Part shown: positions 29,247-39,237 of the stretch, piece by piece
Numbering within the stretch: the stretch's first letter is position 1
Layout: each line of letters opens with the position of its first letter
IMG/VR virus record: IMGVR_UViG_3300031766_000002
Strand: one strand, 5' to 3'
DNA from: an uncultured virus (IMG/VR IMGVR_UViG_3300031766_000002)
Lineage: Duplodnaviria > Heunggongvirae > Uroviricota > Caudoviricetes
Length of the DNA stretch: 64,000 bases
The notes under the pieces: model-generated
Told to the model about the DNA's origin: nothing
Database searches by the model: none
The model's input: the letters and a program-made list of their open reading frames with translations, nothing else
Program-made: the position numbers and the translations under genes

Positions 29247-32200
29247 TTATGCTATAGTTGTTTCTACCCAAAATTGGTGGAAGTTATTATTATTAGTTCC
29301 GCTAATCTGATACATATAGTTTGTGTTCATTCCAGAATAAATTAAAGATGCTGAACTCCTACTCAAGCTACTTTGTGTCGCATGCTCATGTTTATAAACA
29401 TTATATGCTGTGACAAATCTTGCATTAGAACTTGGTGGATTCCATTGTACATAATAAGCGTTGTTAAGGTTTACGACACTCATCGTCGTAGGTTCAGCAG
29501 AAGAAACTGTATAAGAAACACTCGCTGTAGTAGCACTTGATAGAATACCATATTTCACTGCATATACGCGATATGCTTGTGTCCCTGTTTCATCAAATGA
29601 ATTATCAATAATGCTCATTGAAGCAGCAAAGTCATCAGGTGGTACAATAGAAATCAAACCATAATCACTTCCATCAATTGAACTATAAACAAGATAAGCA
29701 TCAATGTTTGAAGTAGTAGATGCTGCAAACGTAACCTCTACTGTATTCCCGACAATCGCTGCTGATGCGCTTGCTGGTGCGTTAGGTGCAGAGATGCCAA
29801 GGTTTGCAGCAGTTAATGTCCTTGTAGCAACTGTGCCATTAGCATCTGTAACATGGCCCAAACTGTTAGTTGTGATATTGAAATCAAGATCTGATATAAC
29901 TGTTGCTCCTGTGAGCGCACCAGTATCAATATTAATATCATCACCATTATGAGTTGGGTGACTATAAACTGTATTAGTATCAGTAGATGAAATAGTTACT
30001 TGCCCTCCCGCTTCTGAAATTGAAACATTCGAACCTGCGGTTAAAGCTAAAGTTTCGCCAGAGCCAAGTGTATTCCCTCCAGCAGTAACGGTTCTGAATG
30101 TGTTTGTGTCTGTGTTTGTATCAGACCAAGGTACGTTAACTACCGCTTGTCCAGCTGAGTTTAGTTGTATTCCGTATGTACGTCCAGCTGTAGCAGAGAC
30201 AGAATTAGCAGCAACACTTTGGTCAGTGTTGCTAAACAGTTCGATACCGCCTCTTACAGTCGCAGTCGCTTCTGGTAAGGAGTAGTTGTTAGCTGTAGTA
30301 CTAATGACTCCCGTAGAACTGTTATAACTAATTAATCCCGTACCAGATATTTTAGAACGTACTTGGGCAGTGCTAAGTTGTGTATTGTCATTTGCAGCTG
30401 TAATTGTAACAGCTCCAGCACTTTCTGTAATGGTTACATTAGAGCCAGCAGTAAAAGCCAAAGTTTCAGTAGAACCAAGCGTATTACCTCCTGCGGTGAC
30501 TGTTCTAAAAGTGTTGTTATCAGTCGTAATATACCCTTGAGATTTTACAAAAGCAGTGGTTGCTATCTTCGTGCTATTTTCACTTGAAGACTGCGTAGGG
30601 GCTGTAGGATTTCCTGTTAATGCAGGGCTTGCTAAAGGAGCTTTAGCAGCCAATAAAGTAGCCGTTTCACCAGAACTATATGCCCCGACTTGACTTGCCG
30701 TAACACTATGCGGATTGTTTGTGGCTGAAGTATGAGACGATAAAGAACTTGAAGATACTGCGTCTGTAATTCCATAACCAGCTAAAGTTGTTGGAGTACT
30801 AGTTATCGTAGAGAAAGCTTGTGTGTGAGATGCAGCAGCGAAAGCTGAAGAGGCTGAAGTCGCAGCAGTCCCCAAACCTAAGTTAGTGCGAGCATTTGAT
30901 TTTTGAGTAGAACTTAAACCCTGTGAAGCTGTATCAACTCTCAACCTATTCCCCAGAGATGTACTTATGGTAGTGCTGAATGAAGCATCGTCTCCAAGAG
31001 CATTAGCTAATTCATTAAGTGTATCCAACGCTGCTGGGGCAGAATCTACCAAATTACTAACTTGTGTAGAAACGTATGACTGAGTGGCATAAGTATTACC
31101 ATCTACGCTACCGTCAGCTTTGAGGAATTGTGATGAAGTTCCTCCTGATTTGATAAGTGATGTCGCAGTAACTGAACTTGCAGTGATATTATTTAAACTG
31201 AATTGATCACTATTACTAATGGTTAACCCTGACATAGCTAACGCTGAATCGCTGCTCATGTCTGTAAAGTTATTACCCCCAGCCAATTCCACGCAAGTTA
31301 CTCTTAAATTCTTGTTATTTGCGCCAGTAGGTACAGCTACAGAAAGACTATAGACAAAAGAACTTTCTTGTCTAAGATATACATGCCAAGAATCATTAGT
31401 TCCATTATCAGCCCCGTTTCCGTGACCGTTATGATCAGTAAGAGGGCGTAATCTCCGATAACCAGTTGCAAATGAATTGTAACCACCTCCCCAAAGATAT
31501 GTGCTAGTACCACTATTACCACCTGTTTCAGAGCCTACAGTAATTAAAATCTGAACAGTTCCTTCTGTATCAGTCCATTTACCTAACTTTTGTAAGTTAC
31601 CCGCAGTAACAGTCTTTTTCCATGTTCTCCTTGCTGTAATTCCATGAGACTCACCAGTATCAGAATCAGCAACAAAATTAATTGCATCTGGTGAAGGAAA
31701 TGTGACGTTACCTGTTAGTGTCCCACCTGCTAGTGGTAAATAAGAAGACAAAGCACTTGAGGAAGCGTAAGTACTACTATCTACGCTACCATCAGCTTTA
31801 AGGAACTCGCTTGAGCTACCACCTGATTTGATAAGTGATGTGGCAGTGACTGAACCTGCAAAGGTTGCGTTACCACCCGCTGACATATCAAGGGTAAGAG
31901 CTGTTATTGTAGAACCGCCATCGCTACCTTTGAAGAGAATATCCCCATCATCTACTTCATTTTGTATTAGAAGGTTACTACTAACCCTCTCTATCCTCAT
32001 GTCAGGGTTATCAATACTAGCCCCAAGCAAAAACTTAATAGCACTAACAGCATTTGTCTGATACCCAAATCCAATATTAGCTCCGTAGAGCTTTTTGCCA
32101 TTAGGGAGATTAATAAATGTCCCAGCAGGGTTTAAAGTTAGTGTCCCAGAAGCCGTAGTAATTTCAGAAGTAGCAACTGTACCTGCAAAAGTTGCATTTT

Positions 32201-32546
32201 GTGAAGCATCTAAAGTAAGAGCCGTTGTGCCATTAGAGTAAATACCAACCTCTGTCCCATTATGAGATCCAAGATAGAAACCATCTCCACCACTACCGTT
32301 AGGGTCTTTTGATCTTATTTGATAATCTGTTCCACCTAAATTATTAACAAACTGAATACTATGATCATCATTATCAGTGGTATCTTTTAGTATAATATTC
32401 GCAGACCCGCCTTGAACAGTTAGACCGCCAAATGTCGGAGAGTCTGTAGTATTTAACTGCAAGTCATCCAGAACCTCAGAACTGGTCAAAGATTCGAAGG
32501 TGGTTTGGTTATTTGCTCCTATTGTTCCTACGAAATACTCAGACAT
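29247..32546 (-). CDS. Tail fibre protein (1099 aa) with C-terminal FN3-like domains
   Basis: LPLAGGTLTG, FLKADGSVD x2, APAALDTLNELA, KAPLASPALTGNPTAPT...IATTAFV; the C-terminus has P.APAS...YLVY...YRVYAV and W.PP....YNVY. Confidence 0.85.
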   Translation of the reverse strand: MSEYFVGTIGANNQTTFESLTSSEVLDDLQLNTTDSPTFGGLTVQGGSANIILKDTTDNDDHSIQFVNNLGGTDYQIRSKDPNGSGGDGFYLGSHNGTEVGIYSNGTTALTLDASQNATFAGTVATSEITTASGTLTLNPAGTFINLPNGKKLYGANIGFGYQTNAVSAIKFLLGASIDNPDMRIERVSSNLLIQNEVDDGDILFKGSDGGSTITALTLDMSAGGNATFAGSVTATSLIKSGGSSSEFLKADGSVDSSTYASSSALSSYLPLAGGTLTGNVTFPSPDAINFVADSDTGESHGITARRTWKKTVTAGNLQKLGKWTDTEGTVQILITVGSETGGNSGTSTYLWGGGYNSFATGYRRLRPLTDHNGHGNGADNGTNDSWHVYLRQESSFVYSLSVAVPTGANNKNLRVTCVELAGGNNFTDMSSDSALAMSGLTISNSDQFSLNNITASSVTATSLIKSGGTSSQFLKADGSVDGNTYATQSYVSTQVSNLVDSAPAALDTLNELANALGDDASFSTTISTSLGNRLRVDTASQGLSSTQKSNARTNLGLGTAATSASSAFAAASHTQAFSTITSTPTTLAGYGITDAVSSSSLSSHTSATNNPHSVTASQVGAYSSGETATLLAAKAPLASPALTGNPTAPTQSSSENSTKIATTAFVKSQGYITTDNNTFRTVTAGGNTLGSTETLAFTAGSNVTITESAGAVTITAANDNTQLSTAQVRSKISGTGLISYNSSTGVISTTANNYSLPEATATVRGGIELFSNTDQSVAANSVSATAGRTYGIQLNSAGQAVVNVPWSDTNTDTNTFRTVTAGGNTLGSGETLALTAGSNVSISEAGGQVTISSTDTNTVYSHPTHNGDDINIDTGALTGATVISDLDFNITTNSLGHVTDANGTVATRTLTAANLGISAPNAPASASAAIVGNTVEVTFAASTTSNIDAYLVYSSIDGSDYGLISIVPPDDFAASMSIIDNSFDETGTQAYRVYAVKYGILSSATTASVSYTVSSAEPTTMSVVNLNNAYYVQWNPPSSNARFVTAYNVYKHEHATQSSLSRSSASLIYSGMNTNYMYQISGTNNNNFHQFWVETTIA

Positions 32547-32592
32547 ATCAACGAATTATACATTCTGTTACACTATTTAACAACAAATGCAG

Positions 32593-32628
32593 AAAAAAAC
32601 CTGCTCCAACGCAAATTGGAACAGGTTT
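32593..32628 (-). terminator. Intrinsic terminator
   Basis: Minus strand AAACCTGTTCCAA-TTTGCG-TTGGAGCAGGTTTTTTT. Confidence 0.75.
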
Positions 32629-32645
32629 AGTATTTATTTTATGTA

Positions 32646-34778
32646 TTAGGCTGAAGTATCTTCAATCCAGTTGTAATTAATAGTAGCGGAAGTAACTAAA
32701 TTACCAGAAGTCTGATCACTGTTAATTTTCAAGCCATTTCCACTCACACTTACAGATAGACCATAAGAAGAAGCGTTAGAGCCAGCGAATGTTTTAGTGA
32801 CGAAGGAGGATAACATATCAGTGCTATTCGAATCCCTACGAATCACACCTTGGATCTTCCACATGGCAACATAACTACCATTGTCAGAATCTTGATCTGA
32901 TCTTGCTGATTGGACAACACCTTCAAAAGCAACAGTTGTTTTGTCATTTAAGTCAATTGCAGTTCCATCATTTCCAGAAGTAGAAATTCCATCATTATCA
33001 GTTCCGCGAAGTATAATGATACCCCCCTTTGTTACGATGTTAGTCTCTGCGCTATTATCAGAACCAAGTTCAATCTCATCAAGATGGCCTTGGTCTGAGG
33101 TTGTGGTAATACTTGTTGAGTTTCCAAGAGCAACTGTTCCACCTCCACTAAGACCGACCCCAGCAGTAACTGTGAGACTACTATTGGAAAGTTTGCTGTT
33201 CGCAATCGAACCTGCTAACTGAGCATTAGTGATTGTGCCAACAAGTGCTGTTGTAGGATAGTTAGTAGCATCCGAAAGATTCAATGCGGGAGTCTCATCT
33301 GAACTACCTAAAGCAACAGTAACTCCACCAAAATTAACTGAATCAGAAACTAACTTAGAGTTGGCAATACTACCAGCTAACTGAGTATTGGTAATGGTTC
33401 CTACAAGAGCTGTGGTGGGATAATTAGTTGCATCAGCAAGGTCAAATGCAGGAGTCTCGTCTGAGCTGCCTAAAGCAACGGTAACTCCACCAAAATTAAC
33501 AGAACTATTTGATAACTTAGCATTTGCTATAGAACCTGCTAATTGAGCATTTGTAATGGTTCCAACTAATGCTGTCGTAGGATAATTCGTCGCATGTTCA
33601 AGATTGAAAGCTGGATCGGCATCTGCACCTCCTAAAGCAACACTCACGCCACCCAAAGAAATAGTACTATTGGAAAGCTTTGAGTTAGCAATAGAACCTG
33701 CCAACATGTTATTTTCAACAGCTCCATTTGCAATTGTCGCAGTCAGGGTCTCAGTCGTATCAGATCCATCAAATGCGACAGAACCACTCAAATCACCAGC
33801 CAAAGAAAGAGTCGTAGCAGCAGACCATTTTGAAGCTGTCGAAGCATTACCAACAATATCAGCAGCAATGTCTATGCTATTAGTTTTCCAACGATTGTTT
33901 GTACCATCAAAAGTAAATTCAGCAATGTTAGCAGCTCCAGTTCCATCAATGATAATACCTCCACCATCAGCAGAAGCTGCATTAGGCGCACCAGTACCAA
34001 GAACTAAGCTAAGATCATCAATCTGGACACTTGTAGAATTAATCGTTGTTGTTGTGCCATCAACCTGAAGGTCTCCAGCGATAATAACCTTACCTGATGC
34101 ACCAGCAGCGTCTGGATCAATCGTGATTGTAGCTGGACCTGTAATACTACCGCCACCAACACGAATATCACCAACAGTAATATCATTGCTTGTAACAGCA
34201 TTAACGTCAGTAACAGCATCGAAAGTAGGAACACCTGAAACAGCTTGAAGATCGTCAATCTGATTTTCCAAATAACCAGTAGCAGTCCTTAAAGTTGAAA
34301 GTTCAGCATCATTACCAGTAATATTAGTATATAAAACACCAGTAGCAGTCCTTAAGGTTGCTAATTCAGTATCGTTAGTACCAATGTCTGTCCTTAAAGC
34401 TCCAGAAATAGAATTAACATCTGTTTTAGGATAATAAATAGTATCTAAATCTATAGAACTAACAGCTGTTGCAACAACGTGACCATCTGCATCAAGGTCT
34501 ACAGTGATATTATTTAGAACAGAACCACTTGCATTTGCTGTAACTGCAATGTCAGAACCCGGAGTTATATCTGGATGATTTGCCTGAGTTGCTAAAACCC
34601 CAGACATCGCATGAATTGCGTCTTGAGAAGCTCCACGATCTGTAACGCCATTTGTAATGGAGTCTTGTATTGCTGCCCCCCTTACATCTCCAGTGAAGGT
34701 TGATATGTCCGTCAGGTTTCCTGTTTGGAAATCTACCTGAGTGCCTACAAGTGCGCCTTTATAAATTATATTCGACAT
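32646..34778 (-). CDS. Tail fibre/whisker-like structural protein (710 aa) with 40-aa tandem repeats
   Basis: GDLQVDGTTTTINST; repeat (GSIANSKL..SVNFGGVTVALG..D..PAF.L..ATNYPTTALVGTITN.QLA) x3 plus a partial copy. Confidence 0.75.
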   Translation of the reverse strand: MSNIIYKGALVGTQVDFQTGNLTDISTFTGDVRGAAIQDSITNGVTDRGASQDAIHAMSGVLATQANHPDITPGSDIAVTANASGSVLNNITVDLDADGHVVATAVSSIDLDTIYYPKTDVNSISGALRTDIGTNDTELATLRTATGVLYTNITGNDAELSTLRTATGYLENQIDDLQAVSGVPTFDAVTDVNAVTSNDITVGDIRVGGGSITGPATITIDPDAAGASGKVIIAGDLQVDGTTTTINSTSVQIDDLSLVLGTGAPNAASADGGGIIIDGTGAANIAEFTFDGTNNRWKTNSIDIAADIVGNASTASKWSAATTLSLAGDLSGSVAFDGSDTTETLTATIANGAVENNMLAGSIANSKLSNSTISLGGVSVALGGADADPAFNLEHATNYPTTALVGTITNAQLAGSIANAKLSNSSVNFGGVTVALGSSDETPAFDLADATNYPTTALVGTITNTQLAGSIANSKLVSDSVNFGGVTVALGSSDETPALNLSDATNYPTTALVGTITNAQLAGSIANSKLSNSSLTVTAGVGLSGGGTVALGNSTSITTTSDQGHLDEIELGSDNSAETNIVTKGGIIILRGTDNDGISTSGNDGTAIDLNDKTTVAFEGVVQSARSDQDSDNGSYVAMWKIQGVIRRDSNSTDMLSSFVTKTFAGSNASSYGLSVSVSGNGLKINSDQTSGNLVTSATINYNWIEDTSA

Positions 34779-34828
34779 GATTAGTAACTAGTTAAATCTA
34801 GTTACACAACAAAGGGAGAATCAGAAAA

Positions 34829-35368
34829 TTAATATTTCAATTGAGTTAAATCAATTTTACCTAACCATCGAATATTTGTATCAGATTTCCCTGTCGCAAA
34901 AAATTTTAAAGAACCATTGGAAGGACTTACCGAAAACTGAACATCTCCAACACCTATCCCATCGTGAATAATATGATTATGGGGTTCTCCCAATATTTCT
35001 ACAGAGTTTGCACTAGATCCTCTCCTTGCCCCGCCATTAACATGCATAACAGCACTGTCCCCATTTTCAGCTCTAGCTATAAACTGACAACTAAAAAAGT
35101 AAGAAGTATCGTCTTCTAAGATGAATCTAGCACTAGAACCATCTAAAAATAACTCAGTTTGAGAATCATCTGTGGAGCTACCACGAAGCAAAAACAAACA
35201 GGTCTGGGCATCACCTGCGGTAGAGAAAAAGCCATTAGAAATAATAAACTGACTCTGCTGAGAGTTAACATTTGGATTCTCAGAACCACCGCCAAAAATA
35301 GCCTTTGAGACATTCTCAGAGTTAAGAGTCTCTACAACTAAATTTTTTAATTTTACTTCTAATGCCAT
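34829..35368 (-). CDS. Virion structural protein
   Basis: In the structural block; G.FSTAGDAQ...L.G.STD...TELFLDG motif. Confidence 0.55.
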   Translation of the reverse strand: MALEVKLKNLVVETLNSENVSKAIFGGGSENPNVNSQQSQFIISNGFFSTAGDAQTCLFLLRGSSTDDSQTELFLDGSSARFILEDDTSYFFSCQFIARAENGDSAVMHVNGGARRGSSANSVEILGEPHNHIIHDGIGVGDVQFSVSPSNGSLKFFATGKSDTNIRWLGKIDLTQLKY

Positions 35369-36504
35369 TATGTATTTGGTATTGCTCTAGTTTGTAGTGT
35401 ATAGCCTGTCCCTATATTATCAGAAAGTTCAACAAAAAATCCAGTCGTAGTTATGTCTCTTACTGCTAAAAAGTAAGTTCTCTCACCACCATTTGGTAAT
35501 TGGAGTTCACACTGAACCATTGGCGCAGAAGAAAATGCACTACCAAATTCTATTCCTGTCTCATCTATCCCAGAAGGCAAAGCTGTATCAAACCTTTGGC
35601 TAGTTTCTTGAGATTGAACCCAAGCTCTAGTTGCAACCGTCTCTCCTCCCATTGTAATATTTTCCTGAACAGCAAAGCTCCCTGTCTTGACTTCTACTCC
35701 TCCCTCAAAATCAATAAATAAAGTATCATTCCCATGAGGCTCTTTTCTCCTATTTTGATTGTCTGCCAGATAAATATAACCATCGTAAGGCGTTGTGCCT
35801 GTGACATATGATCCGAAAATTTGTACCGACTCCGCACTATCAATATAATTGTTAATACCTCCACCTATAACACTGTTTCTAGAAGAAGATAAAGTGTTAT
35901 TCTTGCCTCCTCCAATAAAACTGTTTCTAGAATCTGATCGGAGCTTGTTTTCTAAACCTCCAACAACACTAGAATGAGAAGATTTGGATATTAAATTACC
36001 TGAACCAGCTCCTAAAAAATTAAAATCAGACCTGTACGTTGAATCACTCCCAGATATCTGGTTATCAACACCAGCGACAATGACATCATAATCCCCAAAA
36101 ATACTATTACCGCTACCAAGCAAGATAGCAGAATAAAGAGAGTTGACATCATTCGAATCTCCAACAATTAAAGATTCAGCATCAATAAACAATTTTTTAT
36201 TACCGTCAATTAAATCCCCAGTAACATTGATTGCCTCGTTATCTGCTGAAATAATTAAACCAGAAGCAAAGGTCTTTACTCCAGATATAGTTTCCTCTCC
36301 TGTGATATTTACAAAGGCATCTGGGTTGCCTCCTATTTGATTATACTGATCTAATGTTAAGTGATAATATTCCCCTGTACTCCCACCTTGGATACCCACA
36401 AGTGAATTGTGAGATGTACCACCAACACCTACATTCAACCCTGTCGAAGAAGATATCGACAAGTCTACATTCGGAGTTTCTGTAACTGTTACATTAATGC
36501 TCAT
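35368..36504 (-). CDS. Tail-associated protein with S.I.GG..N beta-helix-like repeats
   Basis: H.SL.GIQGG..GEYYHLT, G.ETISGVKTF, repeated (S/N).(I/V).GG..N units. Confidence 0.6.
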   Translation of the reverse strand: MSINVTVTETPNVDLSISSSTGLNVGVGGTSHNSLVGIQGGSTGEYYHLTLDQYNQIGGNPDAFVNITGEETISGVKTFASGLIISADNEAINVTGDLIDGNKKLFIDAESLIVGDSNDVNSLYSAILLGSGNSIFGDYDVIVAGVDNQISGSDSTYRSDFNFLGAGSGNLISKSSHSSVVGGLENKLRSDSRNSFIGGGKNNTLSSSRNSVIGGGINNYIDSAESVQIFGSYVTGTTPYDGYIYLADNQNRRKEPHGNDTLFIDFEGGVEVKTGSFAVQENITMGGETVATRAWVQSQETSQRFDTALPSGIDETGIEFGSAFSSAPMVQCELQLPNGGERTYFLAVRDITTTGFFVELSDNIGTGYTLQTRAIPNT

Positions 36505-36848
36505 GGAAGAGGAACGGCGGTTCCGCTAATAGTCGCCGTTCCGTATAACAACCTATCAACACAACCATCAGTTTTGATTAAAAATATATCATAGGAACTA
36601 TAAGCTGGTTCCATAGCTTGAGTGTCAGCACTATTTAGAGACATTTTCGCAGCACCATTAGCAGCGTCAGTTTCCGAATAAGTAAAGGTAGCTTGAACCG
36701 CTTGATCATAATCACGATAAATAACTCCAGTTAAATAAACCTGATCCGTTCTTAAATCGTAGGCTGAATTAGAGTCATCCGTCAAGGTTAGAGGGATGTC
36801 AAGACAAGCCCCTTGCTCAATAACGATATCATATTTTGTCCCAGCCAT
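36501..36848 (-). CDS. Small tail/baseplate-associated protein (BppU-N-like)
   Basis: YDIVIEQGA, YDL, G...MSL...DT, YDI, RLLYG pattern. Confidence 0.55.
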   Translation of the reverse strand: MAGTKYDIVIEQGACLDIPLTLTDDSNSAYDLRTDQVYLTGVIYRDYDQAVQATFTYSETDAANGAAKMSLNSADTQAMEPAYSSYDIFLIKTDGCVDRLLYGTATISGTAVPLP

Positions 36849-36870
36849 TGTTTTATGTTACACTAATTTA

Positions 36871-37185
36871 CTATTTTTTTAAGAATTTATCAGGATTCTT
36901 CTCAAACTTTTTGGCCAAAGCAATTACCCCATTAATTATCTCTGGAGCTACTACCCCAACAACACCATAAGAAATAGCCTTAATAAAATCACTTATAGGC
37001 GCATCCTGCAAGACAAACCATAGAATGCCAGATAATATGGCAGCAGCGACGACGTTCCTTAAAAAACATTTTATAGAAACATTCCCTTTATATGTGAGCA
37101 TACGAGCAATCATACCAGATGCTCCAATAACAGGGATCACCCAGCCACCATCTAGAAACTCCCTAATCAGATTTTTAAAATCCAT
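36871..37185 (-). CDS. Holin-like membrane protein (probable start MDFKNL at 37185)
   Basis: Three hydrophobic segments and a basic C-terminus; GTGTAA 10 nt upstream. Confidence 0.55.
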   Translation of the reverse strand: MDFKNLIREFLDGGWVIPVIGASGMIARMLTYKGNVSIKCFLRNVVAAAILSGILWFVLQDAPISDFIKAISYGVVGVVAPEIINGVIALAKKFEKNPDKFLKK

Positions 37186-37231
37186 GTAAATTACATTACA
37201 CCAAAAAAATGTTTTTGTGTATGAATAAGTG

Positions 37232-38104
37232 ATGGCACTGGATGATAAAGATCTTGACGAAGCAGAAAATTTTGCAATAAAATATTGCAATCCGCAAGAT
37301 AGTGAAATCATATCTGACTTAGATAGGCATGCCAGAGAGTCTGCTTGGGCTTTATTGCAAAGAATAAAACACTTGGAGAGCCAGAAGTGTGTTTGCGAAG
37401 AGTGTGGTAGTGAAGTTGAGGAAGAGATTGAAGAGGAGGTTGAAAACACTCCTGAAGAAGAGGATGAGAAAAAAGAAGAAAAAAAAGATTCAGATATTAA
37501 AGCAGAATCTCAAGAAACTTCGACTTTAGAAAAGTTATCGGAAATAGCTGAAGAAAATAAAGAATTAATTAAAAAAGCTACAAAGACTGTAGCTGGAGCA
37601 GGAGTTATGGCTGCTACAACTCAAACCGCAGCAGCAGCAGCGACTCCAACTTTAACTGCTGCAACAGCGACATTTTTCCAAGAAGCTGGTAAAAAAATCG
37701 CGACAATTGGAACTGCTGGAGTCATGTCTATTGGAAGTGGAGCCTACTTTCAAGCTAAAACCGCCAAAGCAGAAGGTATAGAAATCGCAGTTGTGACAGA
37801 ACAAGAATATGGAGTCTTTTCTACAGTAAACGGCTTCACTGAATCAGTCATGGGCATATCAACCTTTGATGGCGTTAGAAAATATGCTGAAGAGGGCTAT
37901 GGGGATGTTGAAGGGACGGGTCCAACAAAAGATGAGGGAGCGGAAGAAAAAGAGGGTCTTTCCGAAGAAGAGCGGAGTAAGCGAGCAGAAGAAGCCTCAA
38001 AAGCAAGAATCGAAATGGACGAGAAGGGTATTCTAAAAATAGAGGATGATGAATTAGAGAAAGACACTCCTGTAACTCCCGTCCCTAAAGTAACGGACTT
38101 GTAA
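37232..38104 (+). CDS. Hypothetical protein: acidic low-complexity tracts flanking an Ala/Thr-rich hydrophobic core
   Basis: ORF track; GTGTAT 9 nt before the ATG at 37232. Confidence 0.6.
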   Translation: MALDDKDLDEAENFAIKYCNPQDSEIISDLDRHARESAWALLQRIKHLESQKCVCEECGSEVEEEIEEEVENTPEEEDEKKEEKKDSDIKAESQETSTLEKLSEIAEENKELIKKATKTVAGAGVMAATTQTAAAAATPTLTAATATFFQEAGKKIATIGTAGVMSIGSGAYFQAKTAKAEGIEIAVVTEQEYGVFSTVNGFTESVMGISTFDGVRKYAEEGYGDVEGTGPTKDEGAEEKEGLSEEERSKRAEEASKARIEMDEKGILKIEDDELEKDTPVTPVPKVTDL

Positions 38105-38117
38105 TTAAAATAAGATT

Positions 38118-38312
38118 ATGCAAGAAATATTCGACAGGATTTTAGCCCCTTACATGTCATCAATGCCTGAGTTTGTGGTCTCAGTTGTAGGTCTCGTCGG
38201 AACACTTTCTTGTGTCATACCAGAAAACAGCAAATTGGGGAGACTACTTGGAAAAATTACTGGACCATTATCAAAATTTAAAAACTACCTACTAAAAAGA
38301 ATTAAAAAATGA
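38118..38312 (+). CDS. Small membrane protein
   Basis: One hydrophobic segment and a basic tail. Confidence 0.55.
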   Translation: MQEIFDRILAPYMSSMPEFVVSVVGLVGTLSCVIPENSKLGRLLGKITGPLSKFKNYLLKRIKK

Positions 38313-38992
38313 AAAAAATAATCATCACATTACTATCAATTGCTTCTATAGCTCACGCGACCACCATTGCATGGAATGCAGAGGGAGAAAACGTATTTGA
38401 TTTTTATAACTCTGAAAATTGGGATTTTTCTGAATCTGAATTACAAGAAATTGACCCAAACTCCCCTACAATTAATGATTTAATCATAGCCGACGCTTAC
38501 ATTATGGAGGGCAGTGCATCTTATTCAAATATTGAAATTGGAGATGGTTTTTCTGTGACTTTAATCTCTAGCACTTTTATATTCGAAAACGCCAACGGGT
38601 TTTCTGGAGTAAATGATGAGGATGATACGTTTTCCACTGTAAATCTAACTCAAGAGTCTGTTATGGACGCTATGTTTTCCTCGTTAGGTCTTGAAATAAA
38701 TGTAGACTCAACTAGTTCGTTAACATTAAGGGGTAGTGGAGATGCCATCAACAGTCTAGCAGAAAGATCTGTTGTTAATTTATCTCAGAATGCTAAACTT
38801 ACTTTGGACTCAATAGGAGAATTCGCAGAGCAAGGAGATGATATTTTAGTGAACGGAGTATCTTTTTCAGAAGACCCCTCTATTTTAATCTTTAGTGGTA
38901 CTACTGCTACCGCTATCCCAGAAACTCACTCAGTCCTGCTAAGTGCCTTGCCTATAATTTTACTTTTAAGACGAAGGAGTAGATTTAATTAA
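38309..38992 (+). CDS. PEP-CTERM-like exosortase-sorted surface protein
   Basis: Sec signal MKKIIITLLSIASIAHA; C-terminus AIPET-HSVLLSALPIILLL-RRRSR (motif, TM, Arg cluster). Confidence 0.75.
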   Translation: MKKIIITLLSIASIAHATTIAWNAEGENVFDFYNSENWDFSESELQEIDPNSPTINDLIIADAYIMEGSASYSNIEIGDGFSVTLISSTFIFENANGFSGVNDEDDTFSTVNLTQESVMDAMFSSLGLEINVDSTSSLTLRGSGDAINSLAERSVVNLSQNAKLTLDSIGEFAEQGDDILVNGVSFSEDPSILIFSGTTATAIPETHSVLLSALPIILLLRRRSRFN

Positions 38993-39237
38993 TCAAAAAG
39001 CTCTCTCTCTAGCTTCCTAAAGCGAGCATCTGAATGCCAAATCTCATCTGTCTGGGGGGTGTAAACTCCCTCTTCAGTTTGAATCGGTTGACCCGCCTTG
39101 AGCTTTAATGAAGACGGTTGATATATGTTCAAAGTCGTCGTTTTCGGATTTGAGACGCTTCCGCAAGAGGTCAGCGCGATCAGAGGAGTTACTATCGCCA
39201 GCAGCCCGTAATTCTTCAATTTCTTTAATGAGTTCAT
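38989..39237 (-). CDS. Lipoprotein, putative o-spanin (Rz1-like)
   Basis: Lipobox LTSC after a hydrophobic segment; overlaps a coiled-coil gene in another frame. Confidence 0.6.
   Translation of the reverse strand: MNSLKKLKNYGLLAIVTPLIALTSCGSVSNPKTTTLNIYQPSSLKLKAGQPIQTEEGVYTPQTDEIWHSDARFRKLERELFD

Noticed and set aside
33604..34068. Antisense ORFs (also 2591-2956, 6427-6831, 17226-17612, 29704-29952 and similar)
   Set aside because: They are opposite-strand shadows of well-supported genes and carry no motifs of their own.
36871..37449. 192-aa ORF as listed in the track
   Set aside because: The N-terminal ~88 aa is antisense shadow of the 37232 gene. The likely start is the ATG at 37185.
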